A DNA stretch of 64,000 nucleotides, from NCBI GenBank assembly GCA_016748015.1, contig JAAOMT010000076.1:310001-374000 (forward strand). Reading direction: 5' to 3'. The position numbers and the translations under genes were made by a program. Every line of letters begins with the position of its first letter. Within the stretch, counting starts at the first letter, position 1. Origin of the DNA: Geosiphon pyriformis uo1. Its lineage: Eukaryota; Fungi; Glomeromycota. The notes under the pieces are model-generated. The model had not been told where the DNA came from. It was given only the letters and a program-made list of their open reading frames with translations, and ran no database searches. Below, piece by piece: positions 1 to 13,131 of this stretch.

Positions 1-1415
1 TTTATAGAATATTTAATTCTTTGTTTACCAAATTTATTATTTGAAGGAGGTTTCATCGTATATTTATTTTGAAACCAAAATTGGAAACAGTTTTTTTAAT
101 CTAAATGAGAATTCATTGTTCCATACTAAAGTATTATGATGTTATTTTTCAAGAAATCAAAATAAAACTTATTATTTTGAAGTTTGTAATTGTCTTCTTT
201 AAATAGATTCCAAATTTCTTTGTGTTTATACTGTTGAAAATTAAAAAATTTCTATTTGTAATGTATGTTTTATTAAATGCTGTCATATTAATTAATTAAT
301 TAACTGTTGTTGTTTTTTTACTTTTGCTTTTTAGTGTTTCTATATGTGTATGTTTCATTCATGTCATGTTACAATAATCAGGTCTTGTTACATTAAGCAT
401 TCAAACAAATTAATATATTTGCTAAATTTAAGTGAAACCATCTTATTTTTTAAGAATTTTTTGAATAAATAAAACCGTATTACCAATTATATTGTTTTAT
501 TTTTATAAAATTTCAAAATGTAAATTATCTTATAATATATATTTATAAGATCCTATAAAGATTCTCAAATTTTACGAGATAACCAATACTTCTTTACAAA
601 ATCTCATTTATGATACAATACCAGTGTAACTGTTAATTGTAATTGAAAATATTGGCAATGAACTTTATAAACTGCTTTGCTTTATTAACCTCTTTTTTTT
701 CCCAATATTAGACCATCTTTTCATAATAATTGACATAAAGAATTATAGTATAAATTTATGAGTAAATTATCAGTGAGAAGTCCGGTTAGTGAATACAAAT
801 TTAATGGGTCCGAGGTGCGAAGTAATGTCATATCATTACAATTATTTTCTAAAAATATATTGCATACGCGTTGTTATTTTGACCTTTTAAAGCTTAACTT
901 CTAAAGCGTAGGACTATTTTGAACTGCTGCAAATCTTCTATATTGCGTAGTTTTGCTCTAAACCTAAGTTTTATCAAATTTAAACTTAAACAAACAAAGT
1001 CAAAGTGACAGAAAATATTTTCCAACATACTTACATGTAAAACTTATTGACTGAAGTTTTCTTATTTATTTATTCCTTTATTCATTTTAACAGGTACATA
1101 AGATATTATTAATAATTTCCGGGAGAATTCTCTCAAAGGTTTATTTATAATTACTTTTCGAGACTCCTGGTCTCATGCTTTCTCCCCCAATAAAATAAAA
1201 ACATCATCATTAAAATCCAATTTGGATTTTCAATTTTAATCAGGAATAAATTATTTGCTATTTACATTAATATTGGCAACAATACAAAATTTAAAATGTT
1301 AAATATTGAAAAAATAACAATGTAATAGGTACTTACTGCTCATGCTTGCATCTCAAAACGAACTTAAATAATTTAAAAAAATCCGTTTTTTCAATTTGCA
1401 TTTGAATTTGAGTTG

Positions 1416-1465
<50 letters not shown>
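1416..1465. repeat. (AAT)n microsatellite
   Basis: Perfect AAT trinucleotide run; produces the spurious poly-Ile ORF 1413..1628. Confidence 0.95.
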
Positions 1466-2653
1466 CAAAACTTTGGTCATTTTTCACCTCAATTTTTTCG
1501 TCAAGATTGCTGAATCTATTGCATGCTGGTCATTCTTCACTTTCTGTTTCTGGTGGGTCGATCACAGAAACGCCAGTATGTGGATTGAACAATCAATTGG
1601 TTCATATTGTGTAAAAATTTATTGTTAATACGTTTTTTTATTATGTTCAAGTCAAACCTGAATATTGTATTGTTTTCATATTTACTTTTTCAAGACATAA
1701 ATAATATATATACATTCATCTTTTTTTCTGTTGAGCAATACGAGTTCAACGTTTTTAGTTTGTAACATCATTGAAACGTTCAATCAAATGACGAGCATTC
1801 CGAGCTTATTATCTATTCTCAGGCTTATTTCTTTTTAGCGAGAATGAAATTTTAGTCTTTCCAAAAAATTTGTCGATAGTTCACCTAAAAACTTGAAAAT
1901 TATCTTGTGCCTAATTTTAAAATTTTATATAAATATCAAACGCATTAATATAAAAAATACTTTTATATCCAAAATGAAAGGATCTCATTTTATTAAGTTA
2001 TCAATTTAGGTAAAAGATATCAACGTCTTTTTATCCTCTTCAAAGGTTTAAAAGAACCATTAACCATTTAAAAAAATGTCAAGATTTTCATTTTTGGTTA
2101 CATGTGTTTACTGAGATGGGAATGAAAACATAGATCAAACAAATACGGAAACTCTATTTGCATAGTTTCTTTAACTCCCACTTAGTTTCATAATTCTTTG
2201 TCCCATATTTCAATAAATACCCAATATGTAATTCAAGTTTTAATTTTTATTATAGATAGAAAGAACAATATCATATTTAATTGACTTGATACTGGTTATT
2301 CCTAAAAACCTATATTAACCTAAAGTTCTAACTTTTTTAATTGCTAATACACTTATGATTTTCGACTCTTTAGATTCAACTCTTTTTCAATCAAGAAAAG
2401 ATTTAATTTTTTAGCTTCCCTTAATTTAATTATTTCAAATGACCTTTTTCCACGAGGTCAATTAAACCATTAAGTTAATTAGGTGTTAAAAATTTATTGA
2501 TCACACAGGGGAAAGTTTTGTATATTTATAATACTAACCATGAGGTTTAGTTCAATTGAAACTATAAAATTAGGTCAACTCATTAAAATTTTTGCAGTGT
2601 ACAATTTTTTTAAAAAATAAAATAAAAGGAATTTAGCAAAAGAAAAATTTACA

Positions 2654-3336
2654 ATGAGTCCTCAGGAATTTAATAAAACTTTTTCACTCAAAGACTCGAA
2701 GCGTAATATCAATCAACAGCCTGATACACGATCTTATTACACCAAATTTCTTATCTTTTTTTTTAATGGAATCTACTGGATACTCCAAAAGACTATCGGA
2801 ATTATTTTCCCAAAATTTACCGCAAATCAATTTTTGATCGATTTCCTTTTAACCCTAATATTTTGGTCTATATTTCCTTTACTTGGATTTTTGGTTTGGT
2901 CCTTGGGCTCTCTACTTATTACCAGTTTTATAGGTAGAAATTGAATTGAATTGAATTGAATTGAAATGAAGTTTTAAAAATGCGTAAAAAAGATAAATTA
3001 TACACTAATGACATGATTAAAAACTTGAACCAACCAGGAGGAACTATTTATTTTATTGTGAATTTTGCCTCGATCACATCTGCTATAGTCATATGCTCGG
3101 CATTTTTTGTTTTCGCAATTTTTGCAAGCTTTTTCACCACTTTTATGATCAATTTCATTCGATGGGGATTATGGATCGTTGACTTTATTCGTGAATTTTT
3201 ATCGACATTTCCAAGCCAGCCAAATTCACTTGAAAAACCGCACTTTGAAAAGAAACCAGATTATATATTTGGAAATGAACGAAAACTTAAAAATGGATGG
3301 ATTCCACAGAATAAAATCGAAAATGAGGATCATTAA
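2654..3336 (+). CDS. Two-exon membrane protein (~192 aa), promethin/Ldo16-like lipid-droplet protein candidate; exons 2654-2933 and 3038-3336
   Basis: ORFs 2654 and 2980 join in frame through a phase-1 intron 2934-3037 (GTAGAA donor, ACTAAT branch-like site, CAG acceptor). The product has one long hydrophobic stretch (LIFWSIFPLLGFLVWSLGSLLITSFIGGTIYFIVNFASITSAIVICSAFFVFAIFASFF). The gene model is strong; the family call is tentative. Confidence 0.75.
2939..2965. repeat. (AATTG)n pentanucleotide repeat inside intron
   Basis: aattgaattgaattgaattgaattgaa directly after the splice donor. Confidence 0.9.
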
Positions 3337-3834
3337 ACTATTTTGCTCAGAATAGAGTGGGATATACCGTTAAGAGAGACCATGAATGAATTCTGAAATC
3401 TGAAACGACTAAAAATACTAGTCATAATTTAAAATCTTGGAGAATTAACAATTTTCTCCTCTCAAAATATTCACATCTACTTTTATTTTCCTACAAAATC
3501 CTCAGATTCTTTAATCCAGAATTTTGTAACAAATAAAGAAATTGCATTCAGTTTACTTTATCGTTTTTTTGAGAGTGGCAAAAGCAAAAAAGAAAACTAT
3601 CGTGGTAGGGTGGTAAATAATAGATATGAAGAATATGTATAGGGCTATACCTTTGAAAAAAAATAAAAAATAAAAAACTACCCAATAATGAATCAAAAGA
3701 AAAGTCAAGCAAAGAAAGGGTATGTGTGTAAAAAGAAAATCAGTGATCTTACGTTAACCATTCTTTCGTAATAGAAATTAATATTTTTGACCTGAATTTA
3801 GTAATTTGAATTTCAAATCCCTGTCCACTGAAAG

Positions 3835-3975
3835 TATCCTTAGTTAAATGATCTATTATTTTAAAAAAACATTAGCTTTAAATAAATTACTCGTGGATTT
3901 TGAGGCATGTCCAAGAATGTCATGAGCAAAGATACTGATTTCTTTTTGACTTTCATATTCAACAAGCAATGACAG
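3835..3975 (-). pseudogene. DUF4419-like internal fragment (fossil)
   Basis: Minus strand reads VEYESQKEISIFAHDILG...NLFK, compared with VKHEGQKEICIFAGDILS..NQLK in the 29554 copy. Confidence 0.65.
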
Positions 3976-5292
3976 ATAATAATGAAATTTTTATATTATG
4001 AATAAGGTTTAAAAAATTCCTGTAGCTAATCCCCGAGTAACTTTTAAAATAAAATTATTTGAAAAAAAAATCAAAGTCTTTTGATGATCATTTTGTTTGC
4101 GCCTTTATAATGCATCCTGGCAGGTGTGAATCTCGAAAACTGATAATATAGACTTGAATGACTTCATTTTTTCACGTGTTAAATTAAATAATTCTTTTAA
4201 GATCAGTGATTTTTAACGAAAATACTAAAGGTACTTGAAGGATGAATGGGCAGTCATTTTTTCGCCAATGCTGCGAAATACAGGTTATCGAGGACCCCTG
4301 AATAAAGTTGGTAATTCTTGAGAGTTCCCCTGATTTTAAAAAAAAAAAGGAGTTTTTAGTTCAAGTACTAAAAACTGTCATCCCGAAGATCTTTGAACAA
4401 TCTAGATTGGTAATACAGTATTACTAAAATCCAAGTTTGGTCATCTTTAACAACTTTAAAATTATGAATCAAGCATTATAAAAATGCCAAGAAAGGTGTT
4501 GATATTTCCCTAGAATGCACAAAAAGACTTATGTGATTCGATATCTGATTTTACAAATCTATTTTTGAACTAGTCAATATCCAATTGTTTCAATGAAAAT
4601 ACTTCTTATTTAATATAAAAATTTGCGGTATTCATCGATACCTTTTCTGGTTACAAACTTTCTGGATCTTCAAAATACGAATCTTATCTTTGATTCACAT
4701 ATCAAAAACCACATATTTGAACTTGCTTATATCTTTAAATTTACTTAAGAGTAAATTTATTTTACGTAAAATATTTAATTTCTTATTAAAAACAATTCTT
4801 CGTGTTCTAATTAAATTACCAATCATTTGGCATAAATTAAAATGTTAAGAGAAATATCTAAGATTATTATTAAAGGGCTAAAAGCTTCAAAACAGTATAT
4901 AAAAAAAATTCATTTTATTTTTGATTAGATCTTTCTTATCAAAATTATTTTATGTAAATATTTATAAATTACATAAATATAATAAAATATAACATTTTTA
5001 TCAATAATTAGACTAATTTTACTAAATAATTATAGAAAAAAAATATGCAAAATAAACTTATAAATATTTTAATAACAATTGAAAACCCATTTTTGTTAAT
5101 AAAAAATTTTTTTAACAAAAAACATTATCTTATTTTAAATATCAATTGTAAATATATTAAAAATAATTATTCAACCCCCATTTTTAAGATATTATGCTAA
5201 AAATATAACATTTTAATTTTTTTAATTTACTACGTTTATCTTATAATTTATTACTCTTAATCAAAAATTTGTTTGAACTATACACAATTCTT

Positions 5293-6070
5293 CTAAAACT
5301 CTGGAGCTAAATCTATATTTGATACTATTTGATCCACTACAAGTCAACCAATAACTGGGGAAAAAATGACTGCAGTCTCGTCACCCTCCTCAAAACTCTC
5401 TTGCTGAGCCCGTGACATTATAGCCTTACTCCAAAAATCTTGATCAATATTATCACGAAATGTTTCGACAAGTTTCCAAACGACCGGTTCTAATCTATCC
5501 AACCAGAAATCCATATCGAGTCCGAATTCACGAAGTTTAACAACTTTTTCTTGCAATTTTTGCCAATCTTGTAAACTTCCTTCAAGGGTAACTTTAGGAA
5601 TACCACATAGACACAAAATTTTATAAGTAAAATACTTTTTCATGGAGTCCAAAAGAATAACACGACTTGCAGTGATAGAAGCAGAAGTAGTAGTGCTAAA
5701 ATCACATTCTAAGGTTTTAGATAAATCAACTTTCGTCACGTTTTCGTCAACTTTTGTTGTGAGTCGATTTATAGCAACTGGCCAATCACCCTTAAGCTGA
5801 TTATCTTCAATGTCTAATATGTCGCCAGCGAAAATACTAATTTCTTTTTGACCTTCATATTTAACAAAACAATATCGGAATCTTTCAGCGTTGTTATTAA
5901 TATGATTACTAACCCCTTGGGCAATGGTTAACTAAACGTCATTGGGTGAGATACGAAGATGTTGATGATGATTTGTAAAATTCTGTATAATATTCTTTTA
6001 TAGGAGTGTTGTCAAGTAGTGTCGTAGTTTTTTACAAAGTGGTCTTGAGAATTTGGTACTTCGTTGTACG
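5293..6070 (-). pseudogene. DUF4419-like pseudogene (A-type)
   Basis: Close paralogue of the 16247/29554 copies. The ATG is lost, W>TAG at 5932-5934, W>TGA at 5344-5346, and there are two internal deletions (~128 nt near 5975; ~186 nt in frame near 5410). The original stop is retained at 5293-5295, and upstream homology to the 29158-29553 region extends to about 6560. Confidence 0.9.
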
Positions 6071-6439
6071 ATTCAATAAAGAATCCAATATTCCACAATA
6101 TCTACATTCTATTTATAAGTAGCTTTTAGCAGTATGGAAACCTCCACGACCTGCTATTTTTTTGTAGCTTCGCGTTTACCCATTGGCGGAAAATTATAGC
6201 ATTCTTGGAGAAAATATCTCCCATTATTAACAACTTAAATAAAAGCAAATTATCAAGTAGTAATCAATATTTGTTTAAAGCAAACACATCAGATTTTCTT
6301 TATTTACAGAAATTTCTTTTGTTGGGAAACTCTATCTATAATAATTGGATAATTCCTATTATCCCTTTTTGATATATTATTGTTACTATGGGAATCAATA
6401 AAAAAAGAATGGATTCAAAATATTAAAACACTTAGAAAC

Positions 6440-6745
6440 AAAGCATTTTTCGATATCGCGATGATATTTGGCTGAAAATCGCACAAGGTGTAAGTCAAAT
6501 ATGAATTTGAACACCAAAAAAATTTTCCGTTGTCGACATTCTCGAAAATCACGGGCGATTGACTTCAATTAAATTGATAAATATATGAAATAAGTTTATT
6601 AAAGGAAAGGCTTGGATTTGATTTTACCACTTCAACTTCATCATCATCATATTTCACGTATCGAATAAATTTATTATGTGCGATTTCAATAATTATTCTC
6701 GAAGGCAGTTTGAAAGATTAGTAGAAAATTAAACTTCGTAAAATA
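6440..6745 (+). pseudogene. Old degraded DUF4419-like fossil, head-to-head with the 5293-6070 pseudogene
   Basis: Ordered motif remnants DDIWLKIAQGVSQ, FDFTTSTSSS, LCAISIIILEGSLKD*, KLR match DDVWLTIAQGVSQ / CDFSTSTSAS / CGIPKVTLEGSLQDW / KLR. Confidence 0.8.
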
Positions 6746-8947
6746 AAGCTTTATTTTGCCCACATTGACGCGTCTGTGTTCAATGCTTTATTTGAACAGG
6801 AAGCCAAAGAGGAAGAGAAGGTATTTCAGAGGAAGAAGATTACATATTACTGGTCTAACGAGCTGTCTGAAGACTGCACACATGTACTGAGAGCACTTTC
6901 GTCGAACAAGTACGCAACTTGATTATCGTGGATGTTAAATGAATGATATCACACTGAGAATGTCTATCTTTCATATTATTTAATATCTTTGTTTATTCCA
7001 TTAATTTAAAAATACTATCGAAAATATTGTGATGGTAAACTGTAACAACATTCTTTTTGCTCTTTCATAAACTATGAAGGTATTAAATGACCACTTGGAG
7101 TTGAAACATGAAAAGTACTGGATAAGTACGAAGATCAATTATAAATTTTGTAAAGTAATTTGATATCAAATCAATATGTAAAGTATAAAAATTCAAAAGA
7201 AAAAAGTTTTTGTATATTTTAAATAGCTGAAATTTTTGAATAAACAATTTTAAAAGCCTATTACATTAATTTAATTATTAAATATTACTGTTGTGAAACA
7301 TTTTTTATAAAAACTTTTAGTTTATCAATTCTCTTATGTGATTTTTTATGTTAATAAACAATTAAATTTGACAAAAAATAGTTTTTAATGTTAAATACCT
7401 AAGAAAAATTTTCCAAAAAGAAAATTAATATTTGTTAATAACTTTAAAAACAAAAACTTACATTTTTTGCTTATATTCTGTTCAAAAAGAGATAACATGA
7501 TAAAAAATCAAAAAACTTTTTAGCGAAGAAGTTTTAATTTATATTATATTATAGGTAATTTAATTTTCCATTTCTCAAATAATTACTTTTGAATCTATTG
7601 ATCTTTAGTATAAATCAAAAAGTCAAATAATCGAAATTTTGAAAATTTCGATTATTGATTCTTATTTGTGTTGGGCTATGTTATATCAACACAAAAACAT
7701 TTAATGTAAATTAGATATGTTAAATATCAAGTTTAATATCATATTTGTCTTTGATATTAATGAATGAATAGATAAATAAAGCATTTTAGATTGTATGCAA
7801 TATATATTTGGTCATTATCAATAGCATTTAGTCGTGGTCTTTCTCATGCTGTGACATCAAACTTAGCCAAATAAAAGAACATGAGCTCCATAAGTCCCAC
7901 GCTGTCTGATTTTAAAACAAAGAATCTATTGGCTAATCACATTTTCTCTATGAGATCTAATTTTTTCCTTTTCAAGATTAAATTAATTTTTTTTTAAAAT
8001 ATATAATATCGGCATGGGGGTGTATTCAAATAAATAAATTTATCCAAAGATGAGATTTGCAATATACGAATGAGATGCCAGAATGTCGTAAAATATTTTG
8101 TCTCGTTTAAACAAATGCTCCTTCAGCTAATGTTATGTTTTGAATGAAAAAATATTGGGCCAAAAAAAATAAGAAAGGGAAGATATGAAATTTATTTTCG
8201 CAATAACTTTTTCCTCACATGAATCAAAATCGAAAATTGCTCACCATTGAGATATTGATAAAATGTACCCAAGCTACTATCTGAAATTGTGTTCCCAAAG
8301 GTGTATAGTCTTTTAAGTTTCTTTGAGAAGATTAATCAGTACAAGAATACAAAATAATTTTCAAAAAACCCGTCAAAAATTTTATAAAAAAAGCTAAAAA
8401 AAGAAAAGAAAAACTCTTGGAAAAAATTGCAAATCTATAAATTTTCTTTTGAACTATCGAAAGCCAAGCAATGGTTGAGCTCATTATGGAAATATTCACG
8501 TGGAGGCAATCGAGTCTGGTTTGGTTAAACTAATGGATGGAATTTAAGAGTTAATGTCGCTCATGCTTAACGAGGATATGTACAATCAACATAAAATCGT
8601 GTCCCACAAATAACCCGATTCTAACTTTCCCGTTAAAGTACAATTTTCAGTAAAATATTCCAAAAATAACCTTGTCAAATAAAATCTATTTTTAGATAGA
8701 TTTCTGTGATCTAAGTGATGGCACCATTCCAAGGAATTTGATTAGGGTTTAATAGGATTTTGAATTTAATCTTTCAAATAAATCCTCCGTTAAGAAACTC
8801 AATTTTTTTGATTTGTATAAAAAGGGTTATTGGCCATCTGTTTATCAAAACAAATCCTTCTAGAATTCCAATTTGCACAAATTCCAATTGAATAAATAAA
8901 TTTCAGAGACCTCAAATTTTCAATAAAAGTCAACCTCTTAAAAAAAT

Positions 8948-9848
8948 ATGATGACAACAAACCAAATTATCCAACAACAGCAAATCGATTTCAACAATAG
9001 AGGATTCAATGTTGAAAACACTCAATTTCCAAATCTTGCAACCAATACATCAATCGCTGCCTCTAGCAATCAAGCCATTGTTCCTAAAACTTTGCCTGAT
9101 ATTCATGTCACATTCCCGACTGAATTAAAGCCAGCCGATCTAATAGTCAAAAAAAAGGATGGTACGATTCCAACTAAGCCACCAAATGCTTTCTTCATAT
9201 ATCGTCGAGAATATGTTAAAGCTTTGAAAAGCAATGGATTTAAATTCAAGCAACGTCATGTTTCTTCAATGGCATCTCAAGCCTGGATTTGTGAATCTAA
9301 AGCTACTCAAAATCGTTATCGAGAAATTGCTCGAGATGCAGCTAAGGTTTTGGCGGAAATGAGAAAAGCCGCTTTGTCTAGCTCAAATCGAGATTGGAAA
9401 GTTTTTATTTTACCTATAGGTGCCACAGCTGCAACTCCAATGAAAACACCACCTCCAGAGGCTTTCGCAGCGCCTTCGGTTACTAAAATATCTCGGGAAA
9501 TTTCCGAGGAAATTTTTAGCATAAAAGAATTAAAAGCTATTGAAATCAATGATGAAATGGAGGAGGAAGAATATAATGATTTAGGTGAAATCGAAATGTT
9601 TTTTCCTAGTCCACCAATGGTATCTTTTCATGATGTGAATCGATTCGAGAATGAATGTCAATCCCAATCACAAATGCCTTTTGAAGGATGTTCATTGGTC
9701 AATGGGATTTTGAATAGTTTTACTGCTGATTCATCTTTTTCATTGAGAACTCCAAACCAGTCACCAGTTCTGAATTCTGGTCTCACTCTACCGTTTCAAT
9801 CCGAAGATTCATCATCATCACTATCATCATTTGCATACTTCTCAAGTG

Positions 9849-9880
<32 letters not shown>

Positions 9881-10273
9881 AATCAATTGTGCGCTTTACA
9901 AAATCCTGAAGTTACGATAAATTCTGCGCAAACACCTAATCCAATTTACGAATTCGGTTCGTTATCAGATAGTTTCTTTAGTGAGCTTCCAAATAACCCT
10001 GAATCTTTTGGAAATTTCTCATCTCAATTGCAACTGATTACTCCAGCGCAAAATGAATTTCAATCTTTATCCACAAAATTATATGAAACCAATCAAGAAG
10101 GGTTTGAATTAGCAGAAACCTTTGATCTTGCAGGGTTTTTTACCATCCAATACTCTCAAACCCCAACCCAAAACATTTCAGAATTTTCTTCAATTTATGA
10201 TTCATTAAACTTTGATTGCAGCGATTCCTTCGGATATCAAGATTTTGACTTGCAAAATTTTGGTAGCAATTAA
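8948..10273 (+). CDS. MATA-type HMG-box transcription factor (441 aa)
   Basis: Intronless ORF with HMG box PTKPPNAFFIYRREY...VSSMASQAWICESKATQNRYREIA, followed by an acidic Ser/Phe-rich C-terminus with a poly-Asp tract. Confidence 0.9.
9851..9880 (+). repeat. (GAT)10 coding microsatellite (poly-Asp)
   Basis: Ten perfect GAT units inside the HMG gene. Confidence 0.95.
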
Positions 10274-11845
10274 AGTGTTTCCAAAAACCTTGGAATTTTT
10301 CTATGACTGATAAGCATGCTTTAAAAAAGATATTTCACATAAGATTATTATAGAGATTTTTTAGTAAACAATTTACAACTAAGATTTATTTAAGGATTAT
10401 TTTTAAGATAAAAAATATGCATTCCTTATGATTTCTACTATTTTTTGTTTCGCTGGGTATAAATAAAAAATAAGCTTTCGTTGTAAATTTTAAATTTAAT
10501 TTAGTTCTTTTTTGTTCCTTCGATATTCAAAAATCTATTATCTCGAAAATAACGCTTTTTGTTCCTTTTTGGTATTGATGTAAAAATTTCTGATCTCGTT
10601 ATTCTATTTTCTTATAAATTTTAAAAATACGGTTCAAATCAATTGTCTCGGAGGACTTGTATAAAACCTTAATTACCTAACAAAATTGAAACCACCAAAT
10701 TTCAACTTAATTACTCCATCCATTCTTGATTTAATCTCCGAAGAAAATGTGCTAACGAATTCATTTTGCCTATTTTTATCAAACAATGTAGACAGAAAAC
10801 AGTGTTATATTATTTGTTTAAATTGAGAATATAAATTGGTCATTTTAAAGTGGCAATATTTGGTTTTATATTGTTGTATATATATTGGTCATTTTTCCGT
10901 CGATTGAATTTTAAATTTGAGTTATTTTTTGAAACTATATATTAAGATACATTTCAAAGACCACATGGGGTATTACTTTTGAGTAAGAGATTCATCACAC
11001 ATGGAACTTGAAATTTTATTTTTAGTTTTTTTATACCTAAATTTTGGTATTATAAAAAATATCAAAAAATATTAAAATAGTTATAATTTTTTGTTTTTAA
11101 AAAAATCCCCGAATTTTCCAATACAAATCTGTGAGCCATGAATATTGTGACAAATAAAAAAATAAGGTTTAACAAAATACTGTATCCTTGAACTTTTGGT
11201 AATTTAAATGAGTGAATAAAGAAATGATCAATTTCCCAAACGTTCCACTGTGAATTAAAAATTGGTACTTGTGCATTTTAATCAAAATAAATCTAATTTG
11301 GGAATGCTCTTGGCAAGAAAATCAAATGTCAATATAAAAAATATGGATTTTTTGTTTTTTTAACTAATAATAACATATTTTGTACTCGTTAATTTGTTTT
11401 ATAATTTTAATATTCACCGCCTGATTATTCTATAGGATCTCTCATCTAACTTAAGTATCTTTAATATTGAATTATAGAACCTTTTATCTCGCCTTTCGCT
11501 AAATGATATTAAAGTTTTATTCTATTATAAATCGTCGTATGTTTAAATACTAATTTTCTTTAAATAAATTAATACGTTTCTATAGTAATATTGGTTCTCT
11601 ATTATTTAAAGACACAAAATTTTTGTTTATCAATAATATAACTTTTTTCTATTATGATTCAAAAAATAAAGTATTGTTGTATAAATTAACAACCCTATCT
11701 GTTAAAACTGATATAAATATATTTTATATTTTAAACCATTCTGAAAAGTAATTGCGGAAGATTTTTTTAGGTTACACAAATTGTTTAATCTAGGAGATTT
11801 TTTATTCAAAATGCCTTAATACCAATGCTATAATATATATAAAAG

Positions 11846-12270
11846 CTAATATTTAATATAGTTTCCTGCGTCTATACAAGCTTGAACATGAACAGACATG
11901 CTGCGAATGTTGGAAAATATGACCTCCTCTGAAAGGCTTGCTCGTTTTTCTTTTAACAGAAAATAAAACACACTTTTTTTTTCACCATTCTTTTTACTTT
12001 TATTTTCTATATCATACGTAAATATTCTCAATGAGGTTGTCTAGGCTATATGATGGCCATGACAAAACATGACATGGAAGTATTGCTTGAAGATGTGTTT
12101 TGGATTATTATCCTACTGGAATATCTATTGATGCCTATATTTTTTGGTTGTGATTGTTTAATATTTCATAATAAATATGATAGTTCAAATTCTCTCTGAA
12201 TACATGAACCAATCTTGCCTTGTCTGCTGATTTCCATCCAAACATGTAACTTGAAAGAATGCTTTACCAT
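11846..12270 (-). mobile_element. Degenerate Tc1/mariner DDE transposase (C-terminal half)
   Basis: Minus-strand remnants VKHSFKLHVW..ISRQGKIG, FQ*DNNPKH (family motif FQQDNDPKH), WPSYSLD..IEN (WPSxSPDLNPIEN) and terminal SMSVHVQACIDAGNYIKY*. No TIRs located. Confidence 0.85.
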
Positions 12271-12706
12271 TGATGCTGTAAGTTTTCTATCATGAGACTA
12301 TCCTAAAGAGATGTTTTGATTTCGGCTGCTGGAACAAAATGATTTCCGTGCCGTTTATGCGAACATCAATTGCGTCAACATCTGACAGGTTGGTTTTATG
12401 GTCGTGCCGTTTATCCGCGCATAAATCAATAGGAAATTGTGCGACATTTATGCGCAAGAAATTTTATTCAATCACTTTCCGCCAAGAGTGTAATAAGCAA
12501 ATATCGATATATCTATATATCNNNNNNNNNNNNNNNNNNNNATAAATTAACAACCCTATCTGTTAAAACTGATATAAATATATTTTATATTTTAAACCAT
12601 TCTGAAAAGTAATTGCGGAAGATTTTTTTAGGTTACACAAATTGTTTAATCTAGGAGATTTTTTATTCAAAATGCCTTAATACCAATGCTATAATATATA
12701 TAAAAG

Positions 12707-13131
12707 CTAATATTTAATATAGTTTCCTGCGTCTATACAAGCTTGAACATGAACAGACATGCTGCGAATGTTGGAAAATATGACCTCCTCTGAAAGGCTT
12801 GCTCGTTTTTCTTTTAACAGAAAATAAAACACACTTTTTTTTTCACCATTCTTTTTACTTTTATTTTCTATATCATACGTAAATATTCTCAATGAGGTTG
12901 TCTAGGCTATATGATGGCCATGACAAAACATGACATGGAAGTATTGCTTGAAGATGTGTTTTGGATTATTATCCTACTGGAATATCTATTGATGCCTATA
13001 TTTTTTGGTTGTGATTGTTTAATATTTCATAATAAATATGATAGTTCAAATTCTCTCTGAATACATGAACCAATCTTGCCTTGTCTGCTGATTTCCATCC
13101 AAACATGTAACTTGAAAGAATGCTTTACCAT
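12707..13131 (-). mobile_element. Second copy of the Tc1/mariner relic (within the gap-flanking duplication)
   Basis: Same sequence as 11846-12270 at offset 861. Confidence 0.7.

Noticed and set aside
1413-1628. 71-aa poly-Ile ORF
   Set aside because: Product of the AAT microsatellite, with a non-ATG start.
6770-6925. GC-richer coding-like fragment (ALFEQEAKEEEKVFQRKK...)
   Set aside because: No start, splice structure or recognisable family.
8948-10273. Mating-type locus
   Set aside because: An HMG box alone is insufficient in a lineage with many such genes; none of the known flanking genes is present in the window.
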